Part shown: one piece after another, positions 50,825 through 63,234 of the stretch
Position numbering within the stretch: position 1 is the first letter of the stretch
How the letters are laid out: every line of letters starts with the position of its first letter
The notes under the pieces: model-generated
The model's database searches: none
Told to the model about the DNA's origin: nothing
The model's input: the letters and a program-made list of their open reading frames with translations, nothing else
Assembly (NCBI GenBank): GCA_038087875.1
Contig: CM075999.1
Coordinates: 1,428,001-1,492,000, forward strand
Direction of reading: 5' to 3'
DNA from: Malacoraja senta
Taxonomy: Eukaryota
DNA: 64,000 bases
Position numbers and translations under genes: made by a program

Positions 50825-51195
50825 GCTTTTGTTGCGTGCTAACCAGTCAGCAGAAAGTCAACAAATGATTACAATCAATCCATTTATTGTGTATAGATAC
50901 ATAAGGGAGTAACGTTTAGTGCTAGGTAAAGCCTGCAAAGTCCGGTCAAGGATAGTCAGAGGGTCACCGAAGAATTAGATAGTAGTTCAGCACTGCTCTC
51001 TGGTTGTGATAGGATAATTCAGTTACCCAATAACTGCTGGGAAGAAGCTGTCCCTGAATCTGGCTGTGTGCGTTTTCACACTTCTATACCTTTTGCCTGA
51101 TAGGAGAGGATAGGAGGGGGAAGAAGAGGGGAGTGGCCAGTGTGCGACTCGTCCTTGATTATGCTGCTGGCCTTGTCGACGCAGCGCAAAGTATA
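50825..51195 (-). mobile_element. Rex1/Babar-like 3' fragment
   Basis: Reverse complement resembles 63720-63960 (gcagcataatcaaggacgagtcgcac...cagcttcttcccagcagttat). Confidence 0.75.
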
Positions 51196-52289
51196 AACGT
51201 CTACCATAATGTGGCCTCCACCACTATCAGGGGCAGAGAATTCCACTCCCATTAGAGAAGAACGTTCTCAATTTGTTAGTTTAGTACACTGAGATTGTTT
51301 GAAAAAAGTGCAAAAATCGCATTCCTGCGTTGAAATCAATCATTTAGTTACTTAGTTAGACATGGAGAAACCGCTTTTTCTCCCACCACATGCACTGATT
51401 GCTACTAGTGGAGTGCAATGTGTAATTTCTTGAGCTTCTGGAAAAAACATACATGGAGCCTTATGAAATATAATTCAGTTGCTCAGCTGATTTGATTATA
51501 GATCTTGGGTCAGCAGCAGAACAGGATGAAAATACAAAATATCAGCAAATATTAGATTACACGATAGAAAATCAAATCAACAGTATTTCAAGTAAACACA
51601 TGATTGGATTACAAAGGTAAGAAGAATATTTAATTGCTTATTTTTTAATTTGATTCCAGAAATAATTTCAGTCCATTTCGGTTTATTTTGTTGTTTTTTA
51701 ATCATTCATGTCAAATCCTGCAAAATACTATTCGACTATTCAATACTATTCATAACTCATGAGAAAGTTTTGATGTTTACTGGAAGATCTGGTGCATCTG
51801 AAGAATTATACCACACATCTGACATTACTGTAAAGCCTTCAAAAGCTCCTCCAAGACAGAAAGGTTACAACTCAGGAAGCCATTATGTACTGGCTAACTA
51901 TTGTCCAAACCGAAATGCTATCTATTCATGTCCTCCAGAGAAACTGCCTGACCCGCTGAGTTACTCAAGCACTTTGTGTCTGTGTTCTTCATTATAGAAA
52001 AGGGTACTTCATTATAGAAAAGCCATGAAATGGAGAAAAGCAGATTTAGTGGAATGATACAGAGGATGGGATGATTGAGTTTTGGGAGAATTGAGAGACG
52101 AAAAATGCAGTGATTGGAGGCAGTGTTTGCTCGTTGGGAGATTCTGTTGTTGCGAGTAGATTTAAAGGGGAGGGGGTGGAGGGGAGGGGGTGAAGAAGGA
52201 TGGAAAAGAGGAGAAGCAGAGCAAAGTGCAACGGGTAATAGGTGGACATGATCGAGGGGGGGGGGCGGGGGGTTTGATAGGCAGACGAT

Positions 52290-52730
52290 CATAAGGTCAG
52301 AAGTAATAATGGCCCATCAATTCTACTCCGCCATCTATCTCTCCATCCAAACCCAATTCTCATGCCTTCTCCACATTATCCTTGACACCGTATTAATCAA
52401 GAGTCTATCTATCTCTGCCGTCAAAGTATCCCGTGACGTGGCCTCCACAGCCTTCTGTAGCAAAGAACTCCGCAGATTCATCACCCTCCGACTAAAGAAA
52501 TTCCTCTTCATTTCCTTCCTAAAGGAACATCCATTAATTCTGAGGCTATGGCTTAGACTCTCCCACTAGCGGAAACACCCACTCTATCCAAGCCTTTCAC
52601 TATTTGGGAAGTTGCAATGAGGACCTCCCTCATCCTTCTAAACTCCAGCGAGTACAGGCTCATTCCTGGAATCATTCTCGTAAACCTCTCCAGAGCCAGC
52701 ACATCCTTCCTCGGATATGGTGCCCAAAAA
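52290..52730 (-). mobile_element. CR1-clade LINE fragments
   Basis: FWAPYPRKDVLALERFTRMIPGM..YSLEFRRMR. Confidence 0.8.
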
Positions 52731-54412
52731 TGGTTGGAGCAAAGACCAGAGATCATAACAGAGGGTCTGAGACAGGTTTGAACGATTTTGAAGCCAGAGG
52801 GAGGAAATTAGCAGGGGGGGGGGGGTTAATGGGAGTATTCAATTTTGTTATTAGCTTAGCTCAACAAGTATACTGGGACTCGGTTAATAACTGGCATTGG
52901 GCTGCTCTGTGATATGGATCACGATGGGAAATTATATTGGATAGGGTGGATAGCGGTAAAACTTCCCCATAGCAGAGTACATAACCAGAAAACATAGGTT
53001 TAGGGTGAATATTATGAAGTTTAGAAGTGATCCGAAGGTTTATTTATTTTTCCACCCAAAGGTTGGTTGGAGTGTGGAATGCACCGTCGAAGTGAGTGGA
53101 TGAAGCAAGGACACTCACAACATTTTAAGTATCTGAATGAGGACTTGGATCGACGAGGCACAGAAAACAACAGGCCAATTGCTGGTAAATGGGACGAGTA
53201 TAGATGGGTAATTCATAATCAGCATGGACATGGTGAGCCAAAATATGGCATGTTTCTATAGCAGGTTTTTAAAAATCTGAACTCCATTGAACTTCGAATG
53301 TTGTTGGGATCGGGGTTGATTACTTTCTTTTGTGGTTTGAAGTTACGCTGTGGGGTTTTCTATGGACTGTACAAACCATTGAAATATCTAGAAAACAACC
53401 ATTCAACACAAAATGCATAATGGTCACCACATCCCAGTAAAACTGGAGCATAGGAAACTGTTCAGAACCTCACCCATTTCCTTTTCATTTAACATCATCT
53501 GGAGCAGAACAAGATACAATTGCTTTGCATAATATTTCCATAAAGGAATTTTTTCCCCTCACAATGAGTAACCAATTGTAGCATTACTGGAGTCAAATTT
53601 GCAATTGGAGACTAGTTTATATCAGCGAGATTAGGATCTACGGAACATTTTCCACACACCTATGTGCAAGTATTAAAAAAAACTAAACCCAGATTCCTAT
53701 TAAATCTTTCCCCTCTCATCTTAAAACTATGATCTAGGTATTAGGATGACAAGGTCTGCTCTCTTGATCAATACACAGCAACATACCCTGCCTCCCACTA
53801 CCACCACTTCCAGTACCTTCAGTATTTTACTGTGCCTTCTAATAGTGTTGAGTGCCAGACACAAGCCAATTTATAAATGTCCTCAACCTCAGTTTCAAAT
53901 TACACAAATGGAATTAACCCTTTCTGGAACTTTTTTCAAAAATCCAACAATCTTTGTAACCCCACCAAGTCTGGATTATTGCATGACTGATCTTTCAACA
54001 GTCCATTGTTAGCACCTAGTGTGGGAGTGGGGTACAAAAACATTCTTCGTAAATGACGCACAAAAGTTCATAAATGTTTACGCATGCATTTGTCATCCCT
54101 TTTAAAATATTTTCACTTGGATTCTCAGGATCAGCAGCTTGTTAATTAACAAATCAAAAAAATAATAATAACTGGGTGGGTGACACATTGCTTCTTGTGG
54201 CGTTTGACGCCATTGTTGCGCCTCACTGCACACACTTTTACATCTCCTACTCCCTTAATTCTATTCCTGTTAAACTGCTGAGCGTCCAACATCCCTTCCA
54301 GAGCCCTATATTGGTTGACATTGTTAATGAAAATCTCATTTCAGACGCTGCACAATGCTCCTTCATCAAATGCCACAAAAAAATCCTCCACCATTCAAAA
54401 CTGTTGCCCCAT

Positions 54413-54715
54413 GTTTTAGAGATACAGCGGAAACAGGCACTTCGCCCACTAAGTTTGCGCCGACCAGCGATCCTCCATGCTACACACCATGGGCAGCTTA
54501 CATGAAGGCAATTAACCTAAAAACCTGTCCGTCTTTGGAGTATGGGAGGAAATCGGAGCACTTGGGGAAAACCATGCGGTTATGGGGAGAACGTACAAAC
54601 TGCGTAGAGACAACACCCTTAGTCAGGATGTAGAGGGGAAACACCCTTAGTCGGGATTGAACCCGGGCATCTGGCACTGTAAGGCAGCAACTCTGCCACG
54701 CCACCTTGACGACCC
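54413..54715 (-). mobile_element. tRNA-derived SINE with a small internal duplication (~54605-54657)
   Basis: Reverse complement of the SINE consensus; aacacccttagtc occurs twice. Confidence 0.8.
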
Positions 54716-55720
54716 AAATGTGTCTCAATTGAGTCAAAAAGTTTAAAGGATAAAAAAAAGGCCATAGTGGTCGGATCTGAAGAAGGATCCCAACCCGAAA
54801 CATCACCTATCCATGTCCTCCAGAGATGCTGCCTGCCCCTCTGCTGAATTACTCCAGCACTCTGTGTTCTAGGCAAAATTCCAGGACCTGTAGTTCCTCA
54901 TGTCTACAGAGGTTGATGTTGTTCTCATCATTTCACTTGTAAGATTATTTCCATGAACCAGGGGCTTTTCAGCACAGAAGAATCTGCACATCTCCAGCAC
55001 ACATCCTACCAACTATCTGATATTAATTAACACGATTTCTATTGGTCTTGTGTTTTGAGCCGCCTGCTTAGACAGTTCTTTTCCTTTTAGGTGTGATGGA
55101 GTTTCAAATTCAAGAACATCTTATATTTCTAGTTAATTTGGTCCAGGATCTCCTGGTCATTTTGAAACAGTCCTAGCAGTTTTGCAAAGGAAGCCAAGAG
55201 TTTCTTCATAAACTAATAGTGGTGGAATTCACTGCAGTCCAAAGTCTATGGACACACTGCGGCTCCTGCAGTTTGGGGAGTCATCTGGTTTGTCTGCAAA
55301 GTCTGAGGAGAGCTATCTCCGTGGAGACCTATCAACAGCAAATTTGATTGTGGCTTAATTTCCACTTCCTTCAACTGTTTTGGAAAGAATGGTTATCTTT
55401 ATCCATCATGGTGTATGTTATGAGGGGCAGCTTTGTAATCTCTTGCTTATGACAATCTTACAAGCGCCAGTGGTCTCGATCTGATATCTTGTGCTGGTTT
55501 ATTAATGAAACGCGTTGTTGGTTATTGTAAGATAATGCTCCAAATACTTTTGCTTGGAGGATAGCTCTATTTCAGTTAATAGTTCCACTTCCTCCTTGCC
55601 AATCATACCTTTCCAGATGAGTGTTTTCGGAAGTTGATAGGGGAATCAGTTTGGGATGCTGGCCAAGGAATTTTCAAAGTTGGAGTAGAACTTTGAAAAT
55701 GAAGATCAAAAAAAGAACGA

Positions 55721-56014
55721 GGGCGGCACGATGGTGCAGCAGTAGAGTTGCCGCTTTACATCGCCAGAGACCCGGGTTCGATCCTGACTAGAGGTGCTTG
55801 TCTCTATGGAGTTTGTACGTTCTCCCCGTGATCTGCGTGGGTTTTCTCGTGAGATCTTCAGTTTCCTCCCACACTCCAAAGATGTACAGGTTCGTAGATT
55901 AATTGGCTTGGTATAAATGTAAATTATCGTTAACGTCTGGGGATCGCTGGTCGCTGCGGACCTGGTAGGCCGAAGGGCCTCTTTCTGCACTGTACCTCTA
56001 AACTAAACTAAACT
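55721..56014 (+). mobile_element. tRNA-derived SINE (HE1/V-SINE-like)
   Basis: GGGCGGCACGATGGTGCAGCAGTAGAG...GGTTCGATCC...; (taaac)n tail. Confidence 0.88.
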
Positions 56015-57883
56015 GCAGACTGTAAAACTGAAGTAAAAGCAGAAAATGCCAGGCAGTTTTTGTGAAAATAGGTCAAGACGTAACGTTTCAGGTCAAACGC
56101 CTTTCAATAGGAGGTCAAAACCTGGAACAGTTCAACTCTCCAACCAGAAATGTTAATCTGTTTGTCTTCCCACAGACGCTGCTCAGCCTGCTGAGTGTTT
56201 CCAAGTATTTTCTGTTTTGATTTGCGGCTTCAAGTGTTGAGTCGTATGCACCGATGGGCACAGCATACAGGCTCAATGTCAGATTTAGTGAAATGTTCAT
56301 TTTAATCATTTAATTTTGGTCGCAAGGATACTTATTCAATTGTTAATATTGCAGCCGAACATATTCTTGATAGCAAAGCTCACACTACGAAGAAAATACT
56401 CTTGCTCTGTTTCTCAGAAGATGCATCGAGTTCTTTGTTCTTGGAACTATGTCTCTCCTGTCTGACATGTTTAAGTCAGGATGATGGTCAATGTCACAGC
56501 ATTTGGGATCCTGAGACTGACAGTGGAGCGACAATTATAATGGTGTTGTTGGACCTGTCAGCTTGGATCCTGGATATTCTAGTCCAGTGGAAGTGGAAAG
56601 CAGAAGTGCAAGAAGTTACCACCGCATAACCTCTTTTAAAGTGAGATATCATTTGTACACCACTACACAATACAATTGATAATTTAGAATTAGAGTGGAA
56701 AAAGTACAAAAAGAATATTACACTCTGGTGTGCATTTCAAAAAGCATAGAAGAATATATTCTTCACTATTTTCAGCCTCAGTTTATCACCATTACAAAGA
56801 TTGACAGCTATGGCTCAGTGGGTATAATAAGGGTGTGAATTCATCACAGATTTGAGCACGAAAGCTGTTGCAGATAATGCATTACGGAAGGAATGCTACA
56901 CAGTGAGAGGTACTTTCAGATGAAATGCTGAAGTGTGCACATTCTCACCAAATAAAAGCCAAGCAAAAGAAAAATCTCATGACATCATTTTGAGTAAGAC
57001 TCAGCTCTGGTGACATGGACATCATTTGTGATTGAATTGCTATTTAAAAAAAACTAGATCTAATTATCATCATCGCATTTCAGTTTGCAAGACCTCTCCA
57101 CGCACAAATTAACTATAAGTAACATTGACCTTTCTAAAAAATACTTGACCGTCTGCAAAATACTTTGGGATTTTGAAAAGCATTATATTAATTACAGGTC
57201 ATACAAACAATTGTGCTTCTCAGAAGCAGCGGATGAGGCAACCTGTTAATGCAATACTTCAAAAATAAAGATTCAAATAAATTATGGAAGAGACAGCTGG
57301 GATGACTAAAATCATGCATTTTTAGTTTAAAAAAAATATATACTCATGAACTCTAGATTGAGGTAAGATGAAGACTCAAGAGATGGTGCTGATGCTGGAT
57401 TCTGGAGCAAAAAAGGGAGATCTACGGTGAGAACTCAAGCGGGTCAGGCAGCATCTGTACAGGAATCCCTTCACAGACGATGCATGACCTATTCCTCCCA
57501 TAACTCTACCTTTTTTTTTGCTTAAGGCAAGATGAAAACTGTATCCGAGGGTGGACAGCATCATAAACTATCAGCTGAGACTTAAAGTCGCAAGAGACAA
57601 AAGCAACATGCTGGGAAGAAACTATTGCGAAGTCTGTTTCAACATAGGCAGTCGTTGGTGTCGGAGATAAAGAGGTCACACTCCAAGCCAGCTGAAGTGC
57701 GGCTTATACCAACACTGTTCTCCCCAAAAAAGAGACTGCGTTCCATTTCTCAGCATTAACAGCCCATATCAACACAAGCAAAGAAACTAAACACAAAAAT
57801 TAAATATAAAGTCCAGTGTACCAGCCATACTGTCATGGGATGCTCCGACTAATTTTCTTGGGGTGGTACATACACATCTACTA

Positions 57884-59985
57884 GCTGGGCCTGTACTCGC
57901 TCGAGTTTAGAAGGATGAGGTGAGACCTCATTGAAACTTAATGAGTAGTGAAAGGCTTGGATAGAGTGGATGTGGAGAGGATGTTTCCACCAGTCAAAGA
58001 GTCTAGGACTAGACGTCCTAGCCTCAGAATTAAAGGATGTTCCTTTAAGAAGGAGATGAGGAGGAATTTCTTTAGTCAACGGGTGGTGAATCTGTGGAAT
58101 TCATTGCCACAGAAGGCTGTGGAGGCCAAGTCAATGCATATTTTGAAGGCAGAGATAACTAGATTCTTGATTAGTATAGGTGTCAGGGGTTATGGGGAGA
58201 AGGCAGGAGAATTGGGTTAGGATGGAGAGATAGATCAGCCATGATTGAATGGAGGAGTAGGAGCAGGGGACCGCGGGTCAAAGGAGATGGAGGAACTGAG
58301 TGAAATCCAGGTTAGTCGAGAAGTGGTTGGGTAAATTGAATGGATTAAAGGCCGATAAATCACCAGGGCCAGATAGGTTGCATCCCAGAGTACTTAAGGA
58401 AGTAGCTCCAGAAATAGTGGATGCATTAGTGATAATTTTTCAAAACTCTTTAGATTCTGGAGTAGTTCCTGAGGATTGGAGGGTAGCAAACGTAACCCCA
58501 CTTTTTAAGAAGGGAGGGAGAGAGAAAACGGGGAATTACAGACCAGTTAGTCTAACATCGGTAGTGGGGAAACTGCTAGTCAGTTATTAAAGATGGGATA
58601 GCAGCACATTTGGAAAGTGGTGAAATCATTGGACAAAGTCAGCATGGATTTACGAAAGGTAAATCATGTCTGACGAATCTTATAGAATTTTTCGAGGATG
58701 TAACTAGTAGAGTGGATAGTGGAGAACCAGTGGATGTGTTGTATCTGGACTTTCAGAAGGCTTTCGACAAGGTCCCACATAAGAGATTAGTATACAAACT
58801 TAAAGCACACGGTATTGGGGGTTCAGTATTGATGTGGATAGAGAACTGGCTGGCAAACAGGAAGCAAAGAGTAGGAGCAAACGGGTCCTTTTCACAATGG
58901 CAGGCAGTGACTAGTGGGGTACCGCAAGGCTCAGTGCTGGGACACCAGCTATTTACAATTTATATTAATGATCTGGATGAGGGAATTGAAGGCAATGTCT
59001 CCAAGTTTGCGGATGACACTAAGCTGGGGGGGGGGGGCAGTGTTAGCTGTGAGGAGGATGCTAGGAAACTGCAAGGTGACTTGGATAGGCTGGGTGAGTG
59101 TGCAAATGTTTGGCAGATGCAGTATAATGTGGATAAATGTGAGGTTATCCACTTTGGTGGCAAAAACAGGAAAGCAGACTATTATCTAAATGGTGGCCGA
59201 TTAGGAAAAGGGGAGATGCAGCGAGACCTGGGTGTCATGGTACACCAGTCATTGAAAGTAGGCATGCAGGTGCAGCAGGCAGTGAAGAAAGCGAATGGTA
59301 TGTTAGCTTTCATAGCAAAAGGATTTGAGTATAGGAGCAGGGAGGTTCTACTGCAGTTGTACAGGGTCTTGGTGAGACCACACCTGGAGTATTGCGTACA
59401 GTTTTGGTCTCCAAATCTGAGGAAGGACATTATAGCCATAGAGGGAGTGCAGAGAAGGTTCACCAGACTGATTCCTGGGATGTCAGGACTTTCATATGAA
59501 GAAAGACTGGATAGACTTGGCTTATACTCGCTAGAATTTAGGAGATTGAGAGGGGATCTTATAGAAACGTACAAAATTCTTATGGGGTTGGACAGGCTAG
59601 ATGCAGGAAGATTGTTCCCGATGTTGGGGAAGTCCAGGACAAGGGGTCACAGCTTAAGGATAAGGGGGAAATCCTTTAAGACCGAGATGAGGAAAAACTT
59701 TTTCACACAGAGAGTGGTGAATCTCTGGAACTCTCTGCCACAGAGGGTAGTTGAGGCCAGTTCATTGGCTATATTTAAGAGGGAGTTAGATGTGGCCCTT
59801 GTGGCTAAAGGGATCAGGGGGTATGGAGAGAAGGCAGGTACGGGATACTGAGTTGGATGATCAGCCATGATCATATTGAATGGCGGTGCAGGCTCGAAGG
59901 GCCGAATGGCCTACTCCTGCACCTATTTTCTATGTATCTATGTATCTATGATTGGCCGAATGGTCTAATTCTACTCCTATCACTT
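57884..59985 (+). mobile_element. Older CR1 3' end (57884-58260, resuming at 59951) hosting the insertion below
   Basis: ...gattgaatggaggagtag | insertion | attggccgaatggtctaattctactcctatcac continues the consensus seen at 15895-15955. Confidence 0.8.
58261..59950 (+). mobile_element. Young 5'-truncated CR1-clade LINE containing the RT domain
   Basis: KSPGPD.LHPRVLKE, NYRPVSLTSVVGK, YLDFQKAFDKVPH, SGVPQGSVLG, KFADDTKLGG, LVRPHLEYCVQFWSP. One frameshift near 58578; (tatctatg)n tail. Confidence 0.95.
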
Positions 59986-60619
59986 AGGGCTGACTCTATG
60001 ATCTAATTGATGATTGCCAACACGAGTCCAATTATACTCATAAAATGTCAGTATACTTATTAGTCTTTCACAGTGCATTTACAGACAAGACAGAGTCTCT
60101 GACAACAAAAACACTGCAAATTAAAACAGCTTTCAAACAGCTTCACTGCTGTGCTAGAGAATCAACCTCGACCTTTCACAATCCATTCATCTTTACAACA
60201 TCATGCATTTATTCACAACAGGCCCGACATTTTCCATGTCGATCTGACATGTATAAAAGCAGCTCTGTTCATAGATCTCGACTGCAGGGTATAATTGAGC
60301 TTCACATTAGCAGACGTTTGAGAGTTTAAAACAGGTCAGATTAAATAAGCCTTCAAAAGGAGACATTATTTACCCATTATACACTAGATGACATCAATTG
60401 TGCCACCTGCAACAAAAAAAAATTCAGCCAATCTTGTTTTTAAACCTTCCTTTTTTCCAGTTTTATTTACATCTTCTTTAGTGCCATCAGGCAGAGTTAA
60501 GATAGCCTGCATATTTCAAGAAACCGAACCAGTCACATAACCTAAACCCAAATCAATATTTCCAAAGTACATAGATTCAGGATTATGAAAGTGCAGCAAG
60601 TACTTATTAGATCAAAAAA

Positions 60620-61230
60620 GATAAGGCCGGAGGAAAGCAGAATTGTGGGACAGAGGAGACATAGTAGGTAAGGGCTCCATCCACAATTGGCAGTGGGGAA
60701 GCCATGTTTAAAAAGAAAGAGGGCATCGTGGATATCCCAGAGTGGAAAACCTCATCTTGCGAGCAGATGAGGTGAATACGGAGAAATTGAGAGCCAGTTT
60801 GGTGTCCTTGAAATACACCCCGACCACCCCCCTCTTTCCATCTCCCTGTGCACATTCTCCCACCATTCTAGTCACCCTGCTTATGCTCATCTCCTACCAC
60901 TCAGTGCCATATTTCCTTGTTATCCTGCTTCTTCACCTTCCATCCTTATCCCTCTGTATGGCTTTACATTTCACCCCTCTTCATCTTTCCTTATCCGACA
61001 CCTTTGTGTCTCCTTTTCACAACTAGCCGAGTTCACGAATCTGCCAATCGCTTACCAGGCTTTGATACACCCTACTTTTCCAGTTTTCTCCCCACTGCTC
61101 CATCAGTCCGAAGAAGGGACCCAACCCGAAACATCATCTGCCAATTCCTTCTGCAGATGCTGCCCGGGTTGCCAAGTTACTCCAGCACTTTGTTTTTCCT
61201 TAAGATTCAAGCATCTGCAGTCTCTTCTGT
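60620..61230. mobile_element. Penelope-like fragments in inverted arrangement (RT C-terminal part on -, 3' terminus on +)
   Basis: Minus strand SQFLRIHLICSQDEVFH matches the 23910-23960 region; plus-strand terminus atcagtccgaagaagggacccaacccgaaac. Confidence 0.75.
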
Positions 61231-61398
61231 CAACTTTACAAGAGTTAAAATTAGGTTGCTAAAATGCTAATGGAAATAGGACACATCATTCCAGTGCCGA
61301 AGAAAAGCAAGACCTCATGCCTAAACAATTACCGTCCAGTAGCCTTGACATCCACCAACGTGAATTGTTTTGAGAGGCTAGATATGGATCGCATTAAA

Positions 61399-62435
61399 TA
61401 GCAATGTTACCAAATTTTGAGATTTTAAAAATCAAGTCTGTAATTTATCCCATCAGATAAAGCATAAAAAGACGTTTAATTTGACACCTAATTCACTTTC
61501 ATATCTTCAGTATTAAAAAGGTTATGGCCATTTTCATACTCGGAAATTAGCATCTTGTTCCCTATTGCTTTTCCATTGACTTAACACAAAAGATGTGATC
61601 GAGGACAGTCAAAAGCCCATAACTTTCTTAAAAATTAAGAGAACTGAAAGAAATGTTCAGTTATTATAGATTGAAGCATTCTGAAACAAATATGAAACAA
61701 TCTTACTTAGATGACATGAAATTAAAGCATATAATTAGTTAGTTACCTAATTGTAGCTAATTACAAAATTCAATTACTAGATCTAAACATCTATCAATTT
61801 CTTAAGAATAGATTAACATTTTTAAATAGCCTAAGTGTCCAAATAACATTCACACAAGAATTCACAATATAACATAATTTTTAAATCTCATTGTCATGGA
61901 TTTATAGGCCAAATGGAAGGAATTTAATGTTTAATACCTGTAAATTAATGGCCATTTAAATCATCTTGCGAGAGGGTTTTTCTGGAACGCGATCATTTGG
62001 AATGTTGCGGTTGCGGAGAATTTAAACCCGTATCGGCATGAAAAATACTGCCGGTTCGTTATGGGAAAAAAATCACCGTTTTGAAACTTAAAATGTGAAT
62101 TAAAGGCATCTTAAGGAGCACTTTTATACATAAAATAAACGGCTTTCGTTTACCTGTCCCATGCATGAAATCCGTCCCCGTTGTCGGCTTTAGAAGCTGA
62201 TTTTAAAATAACTCCAGCGCTGAAATTGTCGGGCGAATTTAAAATAAAAATGCACAGAACGCCCGTCGGAATGATTCTTCAGCAAAAGCTTGCACTCCAA
62301 CGAAATATAATCCAGGACAAGGTAGGAGAAACTCGCGTTTTAACCCCGCCCCCCCCCCTCAAAGGCGCCAAAATTGCGCACACGGCCAGTGGCAGAATTG
62401 CAGCACCGCTGAAGGTAAGTATTGTAACATACCTA
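61399..62435. mobile_element. Non-autonomous DNA transposon (1037 bp) with short TIRs, nested in Rex1
   Basis: Ends TAGCAATGTTAC / GTAACATACCTA (10/12 inverted match). CATTAAA duplicated at 61392-61398 and 62436-62442. Excision restores the Rex1 frame D-R-I-K-S-S. Confidence 0.88.
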
Positions 62436-62833
62436 CATTAAATCCAGTCTACCCAGCGGCCTTGACCCACTGCAGTTTGCCTCCCGCAACAGGTCCACGA
62501 ACGATGGCATTGCCCTAGCCCTACACTCATCCCTAGAAAGCCTGGATAAGAGAGACACCTACGTCAGACTCCTATTCATAGACAACAACTCTGCCTTGAA
62601 TACCATCATACCATCCAAGCTTATCATCAAACTAACGGGGCTTGGTGTCAGCACTCATCTTTGCAACTGGATCCTCGACTTCCTGATCAGCAGACCCTAA
62701 TCAGTAAGGATAGGGGATAAATCATCCTCTACGATAATCCTCAACACGAGTCCTCCGCAAGGATGCGTTCTCAGCCCCCCTTCTTTACACCTTGTACACT
62801 CACGACTGTGCAGCCATGTACAAATCTAATTCA

Positions 62834-63234
62834 AGAAGATTGAGGGGGGATCTTATAGAAACTTACAAAATTCTTAAGGGGTTGGACAGGCTAGATGCAG
62901 GAAGATTGTTCCCGATGTTGGGGAAGTCCAGAACAAGGGATCACAGTTTAAGGATAATGGGGAAATCTTTTAGGACCGAGATGAGAAAAAAAAAATTCAC
63001 ACAGAGAGTGGTGAATCTCTGGAATTCTCTGCCACAGAAGGTAGTTGAGGCCAGTTCATTGGCTATAATTAAGAGGGAGTTAGATGTGGCCCTTGTGGCT
63101 AAAGGGATCAGGGGGTATGGAGAGAAGGCAGGTACAGGATACCGAGTTGGATGATCAGCCATGATCATATTGAATGGCGGTGCAGGCTCGAAGGGCCAAA
63201 TGGCCTGCTCCTGCACCTATTTTCTATGTTTCTA
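62834..63234 (+). mobile_element. CR1 3' end nested in Rex1
   Basis: Nearly identical to 59541-59935. Removal restores Rex1 KSNS|IFKFAD. Confidence 0.9.
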
